DNA of 63,987 nt, filler included, from Octopus bimaculoides (taxonomy: Eukaryota), in assembly GCF_001194135.2 (NCBI RefSeq). It is 7 parts of 6 records of this genome, joined end to end, with 100 filler letters (N's around TTAATTAATTAA, not from the genome) between each part and the next. Parts side by side here need not be neighbours in the genome. Positions count along the whole stretch, not along the records: positions 62,833 to 63,987 come from NW_026385737.1; 6 more parts are not named here. One strand, written 5' to 3'. Position 1 is the first letter of the stretch. Every line of letters starts with the position of its first letter. The notes beneath the pieces are model-generated. The model was not told where the DNA came from. It saw nothing but the letters and a program-made list of their open reading frames with translations, and did not search any database. The position numbers and the translations under genes were made by a program. This document shows positions 63,973 to 63,987 of this stretch, one piece after another.

Positions 63973-63987
63973 CTGGAAATAGAACAA

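Overview
Repeat-saturated, AT-rich animal genomic DNA, most likely a coleoid cephalopod (Octopus-like SINE families, extreme microsatellite density; this is inference). The window is not one contiguous locus: six 100-bp artificial joins (44 N + TTAATTAATTAA + 44 N) split it into seven pieces (1-18340, 18441-27810, 27911-34049, 34150-39397, 39498-58601, 58702-62732, 62833-63987). Most ORF-track entries are microsatellite or N-run artefacts. Host coding sequence is sparse: one clear PX-domain exon of an SGK3-like kinase (minus, 63889-63972), an unassigned terminal exon (42074-42241) and a possible exon cut by a gap (58559-58601). The rest is several SINE families, decayed LINEs (RTE, CR1-like, R4/Dong-like), Penelope-like fragments, mariner, maT and Chapaev3-like transposase relics, and hAT, piggyBac and TA-flanked MITEs. 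The best lead is a ~237-nt minus-strand element (49143-49379) joining a tRNA-like Pol III head to an intact minimal type I hammerhead ribozyme. It lies inside a 12-bp direct-repeat-flanked composite insertion that also carries a 199-bp inverted copy of nearby DNA. Other leads are decayed hammerhead-like motifs, a young (TAA)n-associated Dong-like family with a SINE-head/endonuclease chimera, and a CpG-depleted scaffold suggesting gene-body methylation. All coordinates and comparisons were made by eye, so element edges are approximate.
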